This document shows, piece after piece, positions 1-10,860 of a stretch of DNA of 64,000 bases. The notes beneath the pieces were generated by a model, which ran no database searches, was not told the origin of the DNA, and saw only the letters and a program-made list of their open reading frames with translations. The number at the start of each line of letters is the position of its first letter. The first letter of the stretch is position 1. Source of the DNA: Gekko japonicus (lineage: Eukaryota); contig NW_015171530.1 of assembly GCF_001447785.1 (NCBI RefSeq), positions 434,001-498,000 on the forward strand. Direction: 5' to 3'. A program made the translations under genes and the position numbers.

Positions 1-140
1 GATGGGATTAGGGACGGGGCGACTGGGAAGTATTCAGACTGTGCCACTTTTGGGGACAACGGCCTGGGAGATGCAGGGCTCCTCTCTACACACAGGGGAG
101 CACGGACACCTGGCAGAGGGAGACGGGGGCTCTAGAATGA

Positions 141-383
<243 letters not shown>

Positions 384-744
384 AACCTCTGTGGCCTGGC
401 TGCTTTGTCTGCTCTCACTTCTGTTTGCTGCATCGTGCCTGAGCTACTGTGGTGTCCCCCCCACTGTTTGTACTCCACCGCTTCCCCACCCCACCCCCAC
501 CTCCCTTCCTGCCAGCCTCTCTAGTAGGGAACGCTGGAAGTCTTCCCATCCTTGGAGGAACACGCAGGCCTTGGCTCGTTCATCTCTTCCAAGTCTTCCC
601 CTTCTTCCCTCCCTGCCCCATCTCTGTACGCCTCTTTGTGACTCCCAGCTTTCCCCTCTGGTGACCGACGACACTCCTGGTCCGTGGCCAAAATAACATC
701 CCATTGTCTCCGGAGCTGGGACACCTGACTCCCGGACCGCTAGA

Positions 745-750
745 AATAAA
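745..750 (+). terminator. ALDOA polyadenylation signal
   Basis: AATAAA about 360 nt after the ALDOA stop, followed by a GT-rich stretch (tgtggtttgt). Confidence 0.75.
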
Positions 751-821
751 CAGAATCTATTTAACCGTTGCATGTGCCACTGTGGTTTGTCCTGCCAGAG
801 AAGTGCAACAGGTATAAGGTC

Positions 822-911
822 TGAACAAAGTTGGGAGTCCAGTGGCACCTTTAAGACAGACAAAGGTTTATTCAAGGTATAAGCTTTCATGTGCCAGCGC
901 ACTTCCTCAGA
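822..911 (-). mobile_element. Penelope-like element terminal fragment with degenerate hammerhead core
   Basis: Reverse strand reads CTGAGGAAGTGCGCTGGCACATGAAAGCTTATACCTTGAATAAAC...GGTGCCACTGGACTC. The same family occurs at about 21567-21651 and 34055-34145. Confidence 0.7.
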
Positions 912-1625
912 ACCTCCTCAACCAGTAGCATAATGCCCCTGTATAAATCAATGGTGCAACCTCGTTTGGAGTACTGTGTACAGGTCTGGTCGCCACACCT
1001 TAAAAAGGATATTATAGCTTTGGGAAAAGTGCAGAAAAGGGCAATTAGACTGACAAAAGGATCGGAACACTTTCCCTATGAAGAAAGGTTAAAACGCTTG
1101 GGGCTCTTTAGCTTGGAGAAATGACGGCTGAGGGGTGACGTGATCGAGGTTTATAAGATTATGCATGGGATACAGCAGGTTGAGAAAGAGGTACTTTTCT
1201 CCCTTTCTCACAAGACAAGAACTCGTGGGCACTCAATGAAAATGCTGAGCAGTCGGGTTAGAACAGATAAAAGGAAGTACTTCTTCACCCAAAGAGTGAT
1301 TAACACATGGAATTCACTGCCACAGGAGGTGATGGTAGCTACAAGCATGGACAGCTTCAAGAGGGAATTAGATAAGCATATGGAGCAGAAGTCCATCAGT
1401 GGCTATTAGCCACAAGTTACAGATAGGAACTCTCAGTCTGGGGCAGGTGGTGCTCTGTATTCTTGGTGCCTGGGGGGGGGGGCAACTGTGGGAGGGCTTC
1501 TCACGTCCTGGCCCCACTGCTGGACCTCCTGATAGCACCTGGTATTTTTGGCCACTGTGTGACAGAGTGTTGGACTCGATGGGCCATTGGCCTGATCCAA
1601 CATTGGCTTCTCTTATGTTCTTATG
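912..1625 (+). mobile_element. CR1 LINE, 5'-truncated (end of ORF2 plus 3' UTR)
   Basis: Peptides [25 protein letters not shown]...[15 protein letters not shown] and MIEVYKIMHG...RKYFFTQRVINTWNSLPQEV are typical CR1 ORF2 C-terminus. In-frame stop; TTCTTATG-type tail. Confidence 0.92.
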
Positions 1626-1773
1626 AATTTATAGGGGGTGGGGTGGAGGTTGTTGTCAGGAAGGGCCATTACGTGTCAAGGTGCATAAGTACTGAGTACA
1701 AGGCCTGTTCCCTTCTGCTCTCCAAGGAACTCTAGAAGTTGTCAGTTTAAGATTCTTCCATGCCATTACTCAT

Positions 1774-2047
1774 GAAGAAAAGGAGATTGGATTTATACCC
1801 TGCCCTTCACTACCTGAAAGAGTCTCAGAGTGGCCTTCAACCCCTTTCCTTCCCCCTCCCCACAACAGACACCCTGAAGGTGGGGCTAAGAGAGCTCTTT
1901 TGAGAATTGCCTTTGAGAGAAGAGCTCTGAGAGAACTTGTGACTGACCCAGGGTCACACCAGCAGCTGCAAGTGGAGGAGTGGGGAATCAAACCCGGTTC
2001 TCCCAGATTAGAGTCCACTCTTTTAACCAATACACCAAACTGGCTCT
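1774..2047 (-). mobile_element. tRNA-derived gecko-type SINE
   Basis: Reverse strand has the head GAGAGCCAGTTTGGTGTATTGGTTAA, a B-box-like GGTTTGATTCCCC and a TCTTC tail. At least 5 other copies in the window. Confidence 0.85.
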
Positions 2048-2208
2048 CCACATAATACCTTTTATTAGGACTAACCAAATGACACATAAGTGGGTGAGCT
2101 TTTGAGTTCATTGGATCGTTTTATCAGGATGGATGCTACAAAAAATGTTTTAAAATATCCTATGAGTGGAGGTGCCCGCAGCTTGGAGGGGTGCTGTACT
2201 GTCAAGGC

Positions 2209-2414
2209 CAATGCTCCCTCTAAGCTGTGGAGCCTTGTGAACAAAAATTCTACTTTGTGAGCTACTGGCATTAAAGTTGTGAGCAAGCGATTGGGCTGCT
2301 GCATAAATTAGTCTGCTCTGGAGCCCTCCTTCTTCCTGAGCTACGATAAAAATGTATGAGCCGGAGGCTAAAAAACTGAGCTAACTCACGCTAACTCATC
2401 TTAGAGGGAACACT
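2209..2414. mobile_element. hAT MITE, CA(G/A)TG(T/C)TCCCTCTAAG-TIR family
   Basis: TIRs and internal sequence match the copies at 4969, 7556, 7797, 15313 and 46737. Confidence 0.85.
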
Positions 2415-2877
2415 CCCCATCAAACCTTGTCCTCTTCCATTTTCCTCCACCGCAAGCCCCTGAGAAGAATGCTGGTGCAGCCTGTATAAGCCTCTGTTTG
2501 TTCAGCTGCAGCAGTAACCATGGAGAACTTGGCTGCTTGGCTTTTCCATGCAGTGAAAACCAGTGTACATTCTTGTTACGTACGTGCAGGAATGTGTAGC
2601 TGCATTTTATGCATGAGCGCCCTTGCCTGGGATGGAATGGTCATTCTCAGGTCTTCACAGCTGCCTTTAACTAGGTCTGGATCCATGTTGGCAGTAACCT
2701 TTGGATATAGGGATGTGGCGGAGGAGCAGAAGAAAGGCTTCTGGCTTAAGCCACACCTGTTTTATTAACACGACAAACCAGCTCCACCAGGAAACTCAAT
2801 ATGATGAAAGGATTCCCAAGGATTAGCTATGGCCCTGTTAAGCTTGGGGGTAACTGCAGGGAACGATCAACCAAAAG

Positions 2878-3274
2878 CAGGGCTTTTTTTGTAGAAAAAG
2901 CACAGCAGGAACTAATTAGCATAACAGGCCACACCCAACAGCAGAAACACATTAGCATTACAGGCCACACCCCTGACAGAGCAGCTCATTAGCATATTAG
3001 GCCACACCCCCATGTTACCAGAAATGTGGTCATCCAGTCACACTCACCTTTTGCTTCTTATTCTGTTTACCTTGTTTGTTGTCAAAACCCAAGGCTTTTT
3101 TTTTGTAGCAGGAACCCTTTGCATGTTAGGCTACACACCCCTAATGTAGCCAGTCCTAATGAGTTTCTGCTGTTGGGCGTGGCCTATTATGCTAATGAGT
3201 TCCTGCTGGGCGTGGCCAACTCGGGAGCCACCCGGAACTCCATTCCTGTGCGTTCCTGCCCAAAAATAGCCCTG
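2878..3274. mobile_element. hAT MITE, CAGGGCT-TIR family with tandem CTCATTAGCAT/GGCCACACCC units
   Basis: TIRs CAGGGCTTTTTT / AAAATAGCCCTG with a degenerate 8-bp TSD (accaaaag/actacaag). Homologous to 20152-20540. Confidence 0.85.
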
Positions 3275-3409
3275 ACTACAAGTGATGCCTTTTGAGTGGA
3301 CCAGCCATAAAAGCATGCAATCCTCTAAGCTCTGAAAGATGTCTTGGGTGATACAGAAAGGATGATCGTTAAGGCTGTCCCCTAACTGAGGAACTCGTTT
3401 GTGCAATAA

Positions 3410-3633
3410 TAGTGGTGCAGATTATTTTGAGCCAGGCACTGTTCCCCAGTGTGACACTTTCCCTGTGTTTCAGGTGAGAGGGCGAGGCTCTTGCCTAGAA
3501 ACAGCCGCTGCCAGATAAATGGGCAAGGTGAGAGTCTCCCCAAAGTGCAGGATCATGCCAGGGATGGGAGTCAATATGACTCTTTTTGCTGATGGGAGTT
3601 GGCTTTCTGTGAGCCATAGGGTGAGCACCACTG
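3410..3633. mobile_element. Ancient hAT-like MITE (second copy at about 13410-13659)
   Basis: TIR-like ends TAGTGGTGC/GCACCACTG. About 80% identity over about 60 bp with 13446-13508, plus shared downstream blocks. Confidence 0.5.
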
Positions 3634-4472
3634 CTTGAGCGGATTAAATCTGCAGAAATGTATATCTACTGGGAGAAAAAAACCTTGGATTTTAGATTAC
3701 ATTTTGCACATGTAACAGGCCAGTTTTCTCCATTTTTGTTAAGTTCTTGAGGTTGTTTTTTTAAATCTGTCTCTTTAAGGAGAGGCAGCTTTTTAAAATC
3801 TATCTGAACGCTTTTTAATCGGGACAACTGCTTGACTAGGCATGTGTATTTCTAAGCATGGTTACTACAGCTTTAAGACCCACTGAGCTCAGTGGTACTG
3901 ATTTCCGAATAAGGATGCATTTGAATACAGTTGTTAATGTTGCAGCTCTAGTGATTGTCGTCAAACCAGGGAAGGTGAAAATGGATCACTGTGTTGTGTG
4001 TCAAGAATGGTCACCCTGAGGAAACAAATGGAATTAGACTCTTCATAACTATCAACAGATTTCAGATTTCCAGTTCAAAATCAGCGGGAAAGAAAGCAGA
4101 ATACAGTCGGGAGGCTCCTGGCAGCACAACAGCTTGCAAAGCAGACATGGGGCTGGTCAATACCTGGGTGGAGATCTGGCAACCTAATTAAAGTGCCTTA
4201 ACTCTGTAATATGAGAAAGATAGGCTATAAATGTAATTAGACCAATAATGGTCAGGAGGGATACTGGGAGATGGAAGTGATTCTTCATTCCGCATGGGAA
4301 ATGTTTTATTGTGAGGATTTCCCCAGCATGAGAGGTTGGAAACATTTATTTTGCTTTATCAATAATCTGTCTTTCTCAGTGAGACACAAGGGGGATTAGG
4401 AAAACAAAAATGCAGCAGAAATCCAGGATAAGACAAAAACGATGCAAAAGAAATGGGTAACATGAGTTAGAA

Positions 4473-4877
4473 CAGGGGTGTCAAACATGCGGCCCGGGGG
4501 CCAGATCAGGCCCACAGTGGAACTGGCTGTCTTCTGCTTCTTCTTCCAGTTCTGATGCTGCTGCATCATTGTAGGTTTGCAATTTACAGATACACGCCTG
4601 AACAGCATATTGCAACAGCACAGACATTTTGATGCAATAATCCAGAGCAAGAGGTGTCAGTTATCAGACACTGTTAAATAAACAAAATATTGCAAGAGTG
4701 CTAATGTTTTAAGCATGTTTTTATTTGAAGTAAAAAAAACCATTTTGTGTTTGCGTCCTTTATAAAGTTTATATCTCCGCTACCTGGCATTACATTTTAT
4801 AACACACATGGCCCGGCCCAACAAGGTCTCATTTATGTCAGATCCAGCCCTCATAACAAATGAGTTCGACACACCTG
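4473..4877. mobile_element. hAT (Charlie-like) non-autonomous element
   Basis: TIRs CAGGGGTGTCAAAC / GTTCGACACACCTG; TSD agttagaa/cgttagaa (7/8). Confidence 0.85.
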
Positions 4878-4968
4878 CGTTAGAAGATGCAGTAAAAACA
4901 AGATAATACATACATTGACTGTGCAATAAACTACAACCCTATTCCCTTTATTAAAAAGCACTCCTGAC

Positions 4969-5174
4969 CAATGCTCCCTCTAAGCTGTGGAGTCTTGTGA
5001 GCAAAAATTCTACTTTGTGGGCTACTGGCATTAAAGTTCTGAGGGAGCGATTTGACTACTGCGTACATTAATTTGCTCTGGAGCCATCCTTTGTGAGCTA
5101 AGACAAAAATGTGTGAGCTGGAGGCTAAAACACTGAGAGCTAGCTCACACTAACTCAGCTTAGAGGGAACACTG
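4969..5174. mobile_element. hAT MITE (TCCCTCTAAG family)
   Basis: Perfect 8-bp TSD ctcctgac at 4961-4968 and 5175-5182. Confidence 0.92.
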
Positions 5175-5689
5175 CTCCTGACCAATCTTGTTTATTACAC
5201 TGTATTCTGCTGTTTCCCATGGCTCAAGGGGCCTTACAATTCCAAATTTAAAACAGAAAATACAAACCCTCCACAAGTATCAACTCATTGATAGAATACT
5301 TTGCATTGATGGGCCTTTGCCTTTTGCCTTTTAACTGCTTTCCACTTTGTCCATGCAAGGTCTTTCTAAAGTGGTCCATATTTATATCAATTTAACCTGC
5401 CTTTTCCCAACAGAAGACTCAGGGCAGTGGCTTACAATGAGACACTAAACCAAATCCAACCACAAAACTACCAATGGTCAGCTTGCTCTCCCCATCAGTC
5501 AGGAAAGGCCTGTGAAATAATCCTGTTTTACGCTGATTTGAGAAGTCAGGAGTAGATGCTTTTCTGACACGTTCTGGAAGACCTTTCCATCACATCAAAG
5601 CAATCACGGAGGAAGCCATTCATTCAAATCTTTACAATTCACTCCCCCCCCTCAAAAAAACAAAACAAAACTGCACACATTGGGGTTTA

Positions 5690-6088
5690 TTCAGCGTGAA
5701 AACATTTTGCCTTCTTTTTCTTTGTATTCTACATCTGGACTGACGAACATTTCTGGAGAACTTTTAAAATTTATTTTATTACATTTATACCCCGCCCTCC
5801 CTGCCAAGGCAGGCTCAGGGTAGCTTATGTTAAAAATTAAAACAGATTAAAATCATAAAACTTTTATAAGGTGCTACAAATACAATGCTACATATAGGAT
5901 GGAAAGAACACAGTTTTAATATTGACCATAGTGGGTATCCAGTCAGCAGTTTCAGCGTGAAAACATTTTGCCTTCTTTTTCTTTGTATTCTACATCTGGA
6001 CTGACGAACATTTCTGGAGAACTTTTAAAATTTATTTTATTACATTTATACCCCGCCCTCCCTGCCAAGGCAGGCTCAGGGTAGCTTA
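5690..6088. repeat. Direct duplication of about 138 bp (5690-5827 and 5951-6088)
   Basis: The two copies look identical by eye and are followed by different AT-rich sequence. Confidence 0.9.
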
Positions 6089-6289
6089 CATAAAAATTGC
6101 AACATGTATAAATATCTGCATAAAACACAACATGGTTACTAAAAACAATTTGTATGGCGATAGCAGTACAATAATATGATTCAGTTCACAAATGAAACTC
6201 CCAGTTTGGGACCCCATAATATATTAAGCGCAGGCAGCCAGCCAGTGATGGATTTCAGGGCGCAGGCTCTTAAGTCTATGTTGGACTAT

Positions 6290-6545
6290 TAAGTGAGATT
6301 CCTCAATCGAATACCTGGTGGAAGAGCTCTGTCTTGCAGGCCCTGCAGAATGGTAATAAATCCCGTAGGGCCCTGATTTCCTCTGGGAGCTCATTCCACC
6401 AGCACAGAGCTGCCACAGAAAAAGCCCTAACCCTGGTCGTAGCCAGCCTGGCATCTCTAGGGCCGGGGAGAACCCAAAACCCAGAACATAGTACTCTCTG
6501 GGGGTCATGTGGAGAAAGGCGGTCCCTCAGGTGTGCAGGCCCGAC
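6290..6545 (-). mobile_element. L2-clade LINE 3' fragment
   Basis: Peptide GPAHLRDRLSPHDPQRVL...RAFSVAALCWWNELPEEIR...FCRACKTELF, typical of the L2 ORF2 C-terminus. A related fragment lies at about 38390-38790. Confidence 0.75.
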
Positions 6546-6764
6546 TTGAAATCTTGCTCGTTCTAGGGTTGTCAACCTCACAACAATCCCATAAATCAGG
6601 TTAGGCTGAGAATTTGGGACTGGCCCAAGCTCATCCAGCAAGCTTCCATGACAGTAGGGATTTGAAAACAGGCTTTCCAGATCACACTCTTGACATTCTA
6701 AGCACTACACCACAGTAGAAAAGAGTCTACTAGCACCTTAAAGACTAACAAAATTTGTGGTAGG

Positions 6765-6804
6765 GTATGAGCTTTCATGAGTCACTGCTCACTTCTTCAG
6801 ATAC
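6765..6804 (-). ncRNA. Minimal hammerhead ribozyme motif in the Penelope terminal repeat
   Basis: Reverse strand: GUAU-CUGAAGA-A-GUGAG-CAGUGA-CUCAU-GAAA-GC-UC-AUAC. Core boxes, helix I (GUAU/AUAC), helix II and a palindromic AGCU helix III are all present. Confidence 0.65.
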
Positions 6805-7555
6805 TGCTAGAATGTGAGTCCACCTATCCTCTATATTGGAAAGTGGAGTGATTTCAAATGCCAAATGACATTAGCAGGCAAATGACAATAGGTGTGATTG
6901 GATTAGGGGTTTTTGCAGAGAGACAGTGATTGGATTAGAGGGTTTATGCAGAGAGGCAGTAGGCGTGGAGAAATCGGCACTGGTAATGAGACAGGAAACC
7001 TAGGTCTTCATTCAATCCAGGTGGATGCCTTATCTTGAGCTTCTTATCAGCTGTAATTCAGCAGTCTCTCCCTCTCTCTAATCTGCCTTTGAAATCCCTT
7101 TGTAAGACAACTGATACTTTTAGGTCAGCAACTGAATGTCCAGGAAGGTTAAAATGATCTCCCACTGTTTTTTTAATGTTGTGGTTTCTGATGTCAGACT
7201 TATGTCCATTAATTCTTTGTCAAAGGGACTGTCCTGTTTGTCCAATGTAGAGAGTGGAAAGGCATTGTTGACATGTGATGGCATAAACCACGTTAGAGGA
7301 TAAACCGGAGTAGGAACCTGAGATGGTATGGCTGATGTTGCTGGGTCCACTGATGGCGTTGCTAGGATCTATATGAGAGCAAAGTTGGCATTTGGGTTTG
7401 TTGCAGGCCTTGGTACCAGAGTCCATGTTACTGTTAAGTAGTTTATCATTGTGAGTGAGAAGTTGTTTTAGGTTAGCAAGCTGTCTGTAAGCAAGAAAAG
7501 TTTGGGCCCTCAGTGCCTGTGAGAGGGAAGGTCATTATCCAGGATGGGTTGTAGG

Positions 7556-7768
7556 CAATGCTCCCTCTAAGCTGTGGATTCTTGTGAGCAAAAATTCTAC
7601 TTTGTGAGCTACTGGCATTAAAGCTGTGAGCAAGCAATTTGGCTGCTGCATAAATTAGTTCGCTCTGGAGCCATCCTTCTTGAGCTAAGACGAAAATGTG
7701 TGAGCTGGAGGCTGAAAAACTGTGAGCCAGCTTAGAGGGAACTGTAACTCAGCTTAGAGGGAACATTG
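7556..7768. mobile_element. hAT MITE (TCCCTCTAAG family) nested in Penelope
   Basis: TSD gttgtagg/gctgtagg. Confidence 0.9.
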
Positions 7769-7796
7769 GCTGTAGGTCATTAACCTGTGTTGCAGA

Positions 7797-8002
7797 CAGT
7801 GTTCCCTCTAAGCTGAGTTAGTGTGAGCTAGCTCACAGTTTTACAGCCTCCAGCTCACACCATTTTGCCTCAGCTCAGGAAGAAGGCCCCCTGAACAAAC
7901 TCATTTATGCAGGAGCCCAATCGCTCGCTCACAACTTTAATGCCAGGAGCTCACAAAGTGGAATTTTTGCTCACAGGACTCCACAGCTTAGAGGGAGCAT
8001 TG
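7797..8002. mobile_element. hAT MITE (TCCCTCTAAG family), inverted relative to its neighbour
   Basis: Perfect TSD gttgcaga at 7789-7796 and 8003-8010. Confidence 0.92.
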
Positions 8003-8423
8003 GTTGCAGATCTTTCAAGTGAATATCTCTGTCTGAGGGGTTTTGCAACTACAATACCCTCCTGATTTGGTGAGAAAGATAATTGGAACATCCAAAATGA
8101 TACCCAGGGACAGCTTGCTACAAGACAAACCCAAAGAAACTTACAACAGAACACCACTGATGATCACCTACAGCTCACAACGTAAGCCAGTTCAATGCAT
8201 TATTAATGACCTACAACTCACGCTGGATAGTGATAGCTCATACTCTACCACAAATTTTGTTAGTCTTTAAGGTTCTACTGGACAGGTTCTACTGCTACAG
8301 ACAGACTAACACGGTTACCCATCTTGATCTACCCACTACACAACACTGTCTCTCCTATAATCATTACTAGCTTTTTACTAATCGTCAATTTCAAGAAGTG
8401 AGCAATGACTCACAAAAGCTCAT

Positions 8424-8646
8424 AGGTAAAGGTTTCCCTTGCTCGAAAGCTAGTCGAATCCGACTCTAGTGGGTGGTGCTCATTTCCAAGCCGATGAGCA
8501 AGCGCTGTCCGAAGACTTCTCCGTGGTCATGTGGCTGGCATGACTAAACGCCGAGGCGCACGGAATGCTGTTACCTTCCCTACTTGCAATGTCTTGCTTT
8601 CGAACTGCTGAACTACAGACCTTCTGGTCTGCAGCACCTCTGAGCC
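8424..8646 (-). mobile_element. Sauria SINE (internally deleted) inserted in a Penelope terminal repeat
   Basis: AGGTAAAGGTTTCCC...GTGGTCATGTGGC..GCATGACT matches 48016-48372. It is flanked by the duplicated atgactcacaaaagctc (8405-8421, 8647-8663). Confidence 0.8.
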
Positions 8647-9019
8647 ATGACTCACAAAAGCTCCTACCCTACCACAATTTTTGTTAGTCTTGAAGATGCT
8701 GCTGGACTCATGCTCTTTTCTACCCTTCCCACTCTGTCCACGAAAGATTTTTTTACCACAATCAGTTTGGCCCCGCGTTTAAACAGAAGCCAGGCCAATG
8801 CAGAGAAGACAAAACGCTCATCTTGGCATCTATTTCCGTTTGGCTACTGTGAGAAGATCAGATGCTTCAGTTTCTGTATAATGTCACATCCATATCAAAG
8901 TCCCCTGCCTCGATTTCCCCTTCGAATTTTCAGACTGCATTTTCTCGGCTATAGGCCGATTAAATGAAATTTAATTTTGTTTTTTAAAAAATCAAAATAT
9001 ATTTTAAAAGCTTTATATG

Positions 9020-9369
9020 TTCCCAGACGTCATTTCCGCCCTTACCCTGCCTCTACTTCCGCTATTGAACAACTTCTTTAAAAACCTCCTCCCCGTTCAC
9101 TGCCGGAAATCTTTTTCCGTCCCTTTAAAACAAGGTCTACGTCACTTCCTGTCCTCAGAACGTCCCTCCCCTTAAAGGCATAGAAAGAAAGTTTCTTTCC
9201 CCTCGTCTTACCCCGGCTTTCCTCTTTCGAGGAGGAAGCGGAAGTGACGTACCACGCCGAGCACTTGGTGGGAGAGCCGGAAAGAGAGAGGGGGAGGGGC
9301 CGGGGCCGGGAGCCGGAGGGAGCCGCGGAGCAGCCGCCACCGTCGCCGCCGCTGCCACCGGGACCCCAG
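9020..9369 (+). promoter_or_regulatory. PPP4C: PPP4C CpG-island promoter and non-coding exon 1
   Basis: CpG/GC-rich, TATA-less region with ETS-CRE composites at 9026-9038, 9138-9149 and 9239-9251. Candidate donor CAG|GTACAG at 9369/9370. Confidence 0.8.
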
Positions 9370-9881
9370 GTACAGGCCGTGGACCTCGAGGCGCATGTGC
9401 GGGGCACCTTTTCCTTCTTGTTCCGTGTGCTCCTTGGGTCGGGGGCGCCGGTTGCTATAGAGACAGGAGCGAAGTGGGGGCAGGTAGATGAGCGAGGAGA
9501 GTTCCTTCATGTGGTTCTGACGAAGGAAGAGTCATTGGTGGGTTGCAGGTGGGGGCAGCGAAGGCAGCAGCCTGTGGGCTTTCGCTCATACGGTGGGGTG
9601 CCTCCTAAGAAGAGACGAGGGTTCTCCCCCACCCAAGTTTAGGATTAGGTGCATTTTTCTACCCCAAGGGGCATCTAGTCTAGGGAACCGTGGGGTGGTA
9701 TGCCACAAACTTCCGTCGGTTTGTATTTTTCTTCTGTCTAGCCGGCCTCGGGGTCGTTTCAAAGCATGTATAGAAGAACGGTGGTGAAGTTCTTAAACGG
9801 TGGGAAGGAGCACAACTTGGGAAGCCTTTCTAGGGAGGAGAGGGATGCTCAGGTGCTGCTGGGGTAACAGGAGGGAGCTGT

Positions 9882-10400
9882 ATCAAGATGGGTAGCCGTG
9901 TAGTGGTTAAGTGCGTGGGTTCTAATCTGGGAGAACCGGGTTTGGCTCCCTACGCCTCCACTTGCAGCTGCTGGATGACCTTGGGCAAGCCATAGTTCTG
10001 TCAGAGCTGCCCTTGAGAGAGCAGTTCTCTCAGAGCTCTCTCAGCTCCACCTACCTCACAGGGTGTCTGTTGTGGGGAGGGGAAGGGAAAGGAGTTTGTA
10101 AAATGCTCAGAGACTCCGAGTGAAGGGTAGGGTATAAATCCAATCTTCTCTTCTTCTGTAGCAGTAGAAAAGAGCAGGAGCACCTTAAAAGGCTAACAAA
10201 ATTCGTGTCAGGGTAGGTGCTTTCGTGAGTCGCTGCTCACTTCTTCAGATACAGCTAGAATGTGAGTCTGTGTGTTCTTTTGTATTGGAAAGAGTTATTT
10301 CAGATGCCAAATGACCATAGCGGGTGAATGACAATAGCAGGTGTGATTGGATTAGGTTTGATATGCAGGTGTGATTGGATTAGTTTTGATATGCGGAGGG
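9882..10400 (-). mobile_element. Penelope 3' fragment interrupted by a tRNA-SINE (SINE 9898-10157, + strand)
   Basis: atcaagatgggtagccgtg | SINE | tctgtagcagtagaaaagagc...ttcagatacagctagaatgtgagtc, homologous to 6715-6960. Confidence 0.8.
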
Positions 10401-10589
10401 GTAATTAGTTAGTTTAATTTACTAGGTGTGAAGGGAGCTGGCCACATTTTCTTCTTTGGCTGTGCTCTTTTTGACTTCTGCTCCCTTTACCTACTCCTTC
10501 CAGGTATTGTTCAGAAGGTTAGATAAGCTAATGAAATGGAGACCAGGATTTGGGGGTGGGGTTTTCCTAGGTAGGTGATACAGTGTCCA

Positions 10590-10860
10590 CCAGTTTGGTG
10601 TAGTGGTTAAGTGTGCGGACTCTAATCTGGGGGAACCGGGTTTGATTCCCCACTCCTCCACTTGCAGCTGCTGGATGACCTTGGGCAAGCCATAGTTCTG
10701 TCAGCGCTGTTCTCTCAAGGACAGTTCTGGAAAGAGCTCTCTCAGCCCTGCCTACCTCACAGGGTGTCTGTTTTGGGGAGGGGAAGGGAAAGGAGTTTGT
10801 AAGCCACTCTGAAACGCCGAGTGAAGGTGGGGTATAAATCCAATCTCTCCTCCTCCTCCA
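10590..10860 (+). mobile_element. tRNA-derived gecko-type SINE
   Basis: CAGTTTGGTGTAGTGGTTAAG head, GGTTTGATTCCCC box, (TCC)n tail. Confidence 0.88.

Larger units (their letters stand above)
6715..8330 (-). mobile_element. Penelope-like retroelement, rearranged (GIY-YIG region on -, inverted linker segment on +), with two nested MITEs
   Basis: Minus-strand peptide CNKPKCQLC...SSNVVYAITCQQC..LYIGQTGQSL (Penelope zinc-knuckle/GIY-YIG region). Plus-strand 8041-8235 encodes LQLQYPP...RTPLMITYS...INDLQ. Terminal repeats at 6715-6810 (-) and 8234-8330 (+). Confidence 0.88.

Noticed and set aside
2900-3220. CRISPR-like repeat-spacer array
   Set aside because: Short degenerate subterminal repeats inside a TIR/TSD-bounded MITE in a vertebrate genome, with no unique spacers or cas genes.
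10590-10660. tRNA genes at SINE heads
   Set aside because: A/B-box-like motifs only, no proper cloverleaf, and attached to repeated SINE bodies.
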